A stretch of DNA of 53,218 nucleotides, counting the filler, from Sluysia triapertura (lineage: Eukaryota): NCBI GenBank assembly GCA_046118255.1. It is 4 parts of 4 records of this genome, joined end to end, with 100 filler letters (N's around TTAATTAATTAA, not from the genome) between each part and the next. Parts side by side here need not be neighbours in the genome. Positions count along the whole stretch, not along the records: positions 42,320 to 53,218 come from JBJNIA010191784.1; 3 more parts are not named here. The stretch is one strand, 5' to 3'. The notes under the pieces are model-generated. The model searched no databases and was not told the DNA's origin. It was given only the letters and a program-made list of their open reading frames with translations. Position numbers and translations under genes: made by a program. Of the stretch, positions 49,485 through 53,218 are shown piece after piece; the first letter of the stretch is position 1; each line of letters begins with the position of its first letter.

Positions 49485-51769
49485 CTGAAATATTATTAAC
49501 AAAATACACAGTTAGAATATCAAGTATTGTTTACGTAAGAGTCTATATAATATAACAAACGTAGCTTTAAATTAAAATTATTTTCACTTCAATAAATAAA
49601 AAATAATTAATTACTCGTCAGAAAATATGCGAAAAGTAGATCTGGATAATCTCCAAGACATACACATCCAATCATTTAAATTTACTTGGAAATATACTAA
49701 AACACACCATTTTGGTTCCACAAAACTTGACAGAAGAGCAAACATTTTTAGATGAACCAAGGACTTTCTATAGACGAATCTTTTGAATCGACTCCTCGAA
49801 GTAACTCACAACCAAAAAAGATTCCTTTCTTAACTTAGTTTTGTCAGAAATTAAGTATAGCTTTGTATATACCAGAAAATGTTCGTCCAGAATCGATCAA
49901 GAGAAAAGAAAATAATCGACACATTTAAATATACACACATCACGAACAATACATATTACATCCTCAAATTCTCATACACTAATACTTCAATAGTTATCTT
50001 TACAAGCTTTATTTATAAAGAGATCTACACATATACTGTAACTTTATTACAGAGTACAATTTATCTTAAACGTTATCATTAGTGCTGTCGTTACTTTTGT
50101 AATATAACATATCGAATATAAATTACAAACAATTACTGATTCCGAAAAAGAAAGCAACATCACATAGTTACATGAGAAAATTTTACAATCACAACTGAAA
50201 ACTAAACCTACTAAAAGGATGAAATAATTTGAGAGAAACAGTATTTAAGCAAAAACTTTTGACAAAAAATACAACAATAAATACAAGTATGTTTTCTGCT
50301 CAAGTATTCTATTTTAAAAAGAGAAGATTTTTCATTATAATTCATTGAAGAAAAGATTCTTAATATCCAACTATTCCAACATAAAAGATTTTAATATCCA
50401 GATTTTCTGACTATTTTTTAAATTCTACTATGGACCAAAATTTTATATAAGTTTATCGAAAATTTAAATTTTCGTTATAAAATATACGCAAACTCTTATA
50501 AAAACTATTGTTCAATCTTTTAATCGATTGTTGTAAATTCATTATAAACTCATTAAATTAAAGTAGATTAATAACTATTAAAATTTTAATAACCTAACTT
50601 AATTGTTTTTCTCTTACAAATTAATGTATTGTATTCTGTAATTTAATATAAACTAATTAAGCACATTCTTTATTACAAAAATTGATTTCTTTATATTAAT
50701 AATAATAATAATTTACGTAGTTTCAAATTACATCTAAAATGTACTCTACATCGTTGATTTAACCTTTAAAATTTTATTTCTAGATCCTATTGAATCGGAA
50801 TCTTAAGCAAAATCATTATTCAAAAGACTCGTCATTGCAAGAAGACGGGAAATAAACTATTGAAGCCATTCCATTAAATCTTTTGCGAGTTTTTGACCTC
50901 CCAGAAGTTGAAGAACTTCTATACAATAATTTATATTTGTGTTTTCAAATAATCTTATTTTATACGTCTCTTACGTGTTAGCCCTTAAGTGGGTAAGACT
51001 AACATCGTAAGGAACTCACACAAATTAAAGTAAATCAAACATACAGAATCGATACAATGAAAGATTTTGCTCATGTAATACACGAACAAGCATAAATAAA
51101 TCATAGGATAAACGTAACCATTGATTCAATTTTTAAGATCTCAAACTTTTACACAACCTTTACAAAACATAACCATTTAAACTGTTAGATGTTTAAAAAT
51201 ATGCTTAAATTTAATTAGCTATTTGAATTTACATTTAAATTTAAATAATTTCTGAAATTAATATGTAAATCATGTTGTAAAATTAGTATAATGTTTTATA
51301 AATCATTTTAATGAGATATTTTATAAAAAAAACTGATCGAAAGAAAAAATAAAGTAAAAGTAAGAACGATACTAATTATAGTTTTTTTGATTTATTGCGC
51401 AAATTTTGCATTAATAACGTAAATCTTGTAATCAATTAAGTTTGATGTATATTGAATTCATACGCATATTGACATATTTATTGACTATTTACGTAATTAT
51501 TTTATTTATAATGTATATGTGTTTATTTATTGATATAGTTATTGACTATTTACGTAATTATTTGTAATTTTATTTAAAACGTATAAATGTTAATTTATTT
51601 TTATGGAATTAATCAAGATTATTAATATTTTTATTGGAACTAATTAAAAATCGAATTTATTGGAAATAATTTAAAAAAATTGAAAGTAAGAAATTATTTT
51701 TTAATATTGTTTTTAAATTAAAAAAAAACTTTTAAAATATTTTAATTAATTTAAACTGGCGTAATTGTT

Positions 51770-52480
51770 TACCAAGGTCAGACTAAAACAACTTTATATA
51801 AGGACATATTTCTAAAAAAAGTCTCACACAAAAAAATAACTTTCTTAATATTGGCATTGAAGCTCAGTTTTAATTCATTCAGTTTTAATTACTGATTTAC
51901 ATATTTCCGCTTGGCTCTATCTTGTCGTTACGTTAGTTTATTTTAATAAGATACCGATATCTTTTGATATCATCGTAAACTATACTTAAAATCCTTTTTG
52001 TGTAATTATTTAGGATCTTATAAGAGATCCATCGAAAAATCACTGTTTAAAATCTTACACATTGGAATTGATTAATTCCACGTAATATATTTTATAACTT
52101 GTAATCCGATTGTTAATTTTGTCAATAATAAACTTTCAGGCTAAATTTGTTTTTTATGCATAATAAATTTTATAGTCTTAACTATAAATTTATTATCAGA
52201 GAAAAGTTTTTGTTACATTATAGTTCTAACCACAAAAATAATTATTGTAGATCATATTTCACAGGATCATCGAAAAATATCACTTAAATTTTGTTTGACT
52301 ATTAGATAAATTTTTGTAATTTACCTCCAGAAATTTAGAGTACATAACTAAACACTAAGGTTCTTTAATTTTTATTACGCTCTTGAGACTTTCATTTCAC
52401 AAATCAAACGGCTGGCCCTAACCGGTAAGTCCAGTACGTTGGTGAACTCACTTTCAATTAATATTTATTCTATATTTTAC
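51770..52480 (-). repeat. Dispersed repeat family A, copy 4 (core 52405-52451)
   Basis: The reverse complement reads gtgagttcaccaacgtactggacttaccggttagggccagccgtttgattt, then aaatttctggaggta and gttgttttagtctgacct. Confidence 0.8.
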
Positions 52481-53218
52481 TCACATTAGTAATATAAATG
52501 TAACATAATATTCATCCATTTTTCAATTTTTCAACCTAAATCATATTTAAATTTCATAACATCATCCATTTTTTCTAAATTAAATCAAAAATTTATGTAA
52601 TTTAAATTTATTTAAAAAATAAAATTATTTCAAAGTAAAATTAAAATCATTATTATTAAGATTATAATGCGTTATATCAATTTAAATTGAGATTTAATAG
52701 AGTTAATATAAATTTAATATAACTAATTTAAATTGAAATTAAACAAAATGTCATTTTAAAATGAGATTCTATAAAGACAATATAATATTAAATTTTAAGA
52801 ACATGATATGAGAGTTAAAATTATATTATATTGAGATTGAATAAAACCAGTACATAATTGAAAATTAGTAATATTATTTTCGATTAAAATTAACTTAAAT
52901 TGAAGTAGAAAGAATAATGTAATTTCAAATTTATAAGCATTATAATCGAGTAATTATTATAATTATTATTAAGTAATTATTAATCATTACTTAACCCTTT
53001 TGCCGCCGCTGGGACCAATTTCTGCAAGTTTCTCAGGCTTAAGTAGGTCATGTTACATATTGTTTTAGAGGATTAAATAAGGACAATGTTTTGCATAATC
53101 CTTTCTGCTTTTAAAGTGTGTGTGCACAAAGTTATTTCAACAATATACCACCATTTTGTGAGAAAAATATTTGAATCAAATAAAATAAGTGAAAATATTA
53201 TAAAGTCTAAAGTTATTA

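Overview
Very AT-rich, repeat-dense eukaryotic (invertebrate animal) genomic DNA. It is not one locus. Four contigs (1-15794, 15895-29680, 29781-42219, 42320-53218) are joined by identical artificial 100-nt linkers (N44-TTAATTAATTAA-N44). Host genes, read by hand across introns, are a complete 3-exon TPPP/p25-alpha gene with 38- and 34-nt introns, one beta-catenin-family exon, several prominin exons, cadherin-repeat exons and the last three exons of a hormone-sensitive-lipase-like gene. The rest is mobile DNA: a 5'-truncated RLE (R2/NeSL/Utopia-type) non-LTR retrotransposon, pogo/Tc1/piggyBac-type MITEs and relics, tRNA-like repeats and several unclassified dispersed repeats. The most unusual item is the 3' half of a decayed Ty3/Gypsy LTR retrotransposon. 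After its integrase it carries a retropepsin-like protease, a signal/TM-segmented membrane polyprotein and a further Ser/Pro-rich ORF before the 3' LTR. Also notable are a dispersed repeat with a covarying hairpin core (one copy per contig) and a prominin exon that has no canonical in-phase splice donor before an in-frame TGA. All family assignments come from motif recognition by eye; no searches were run.
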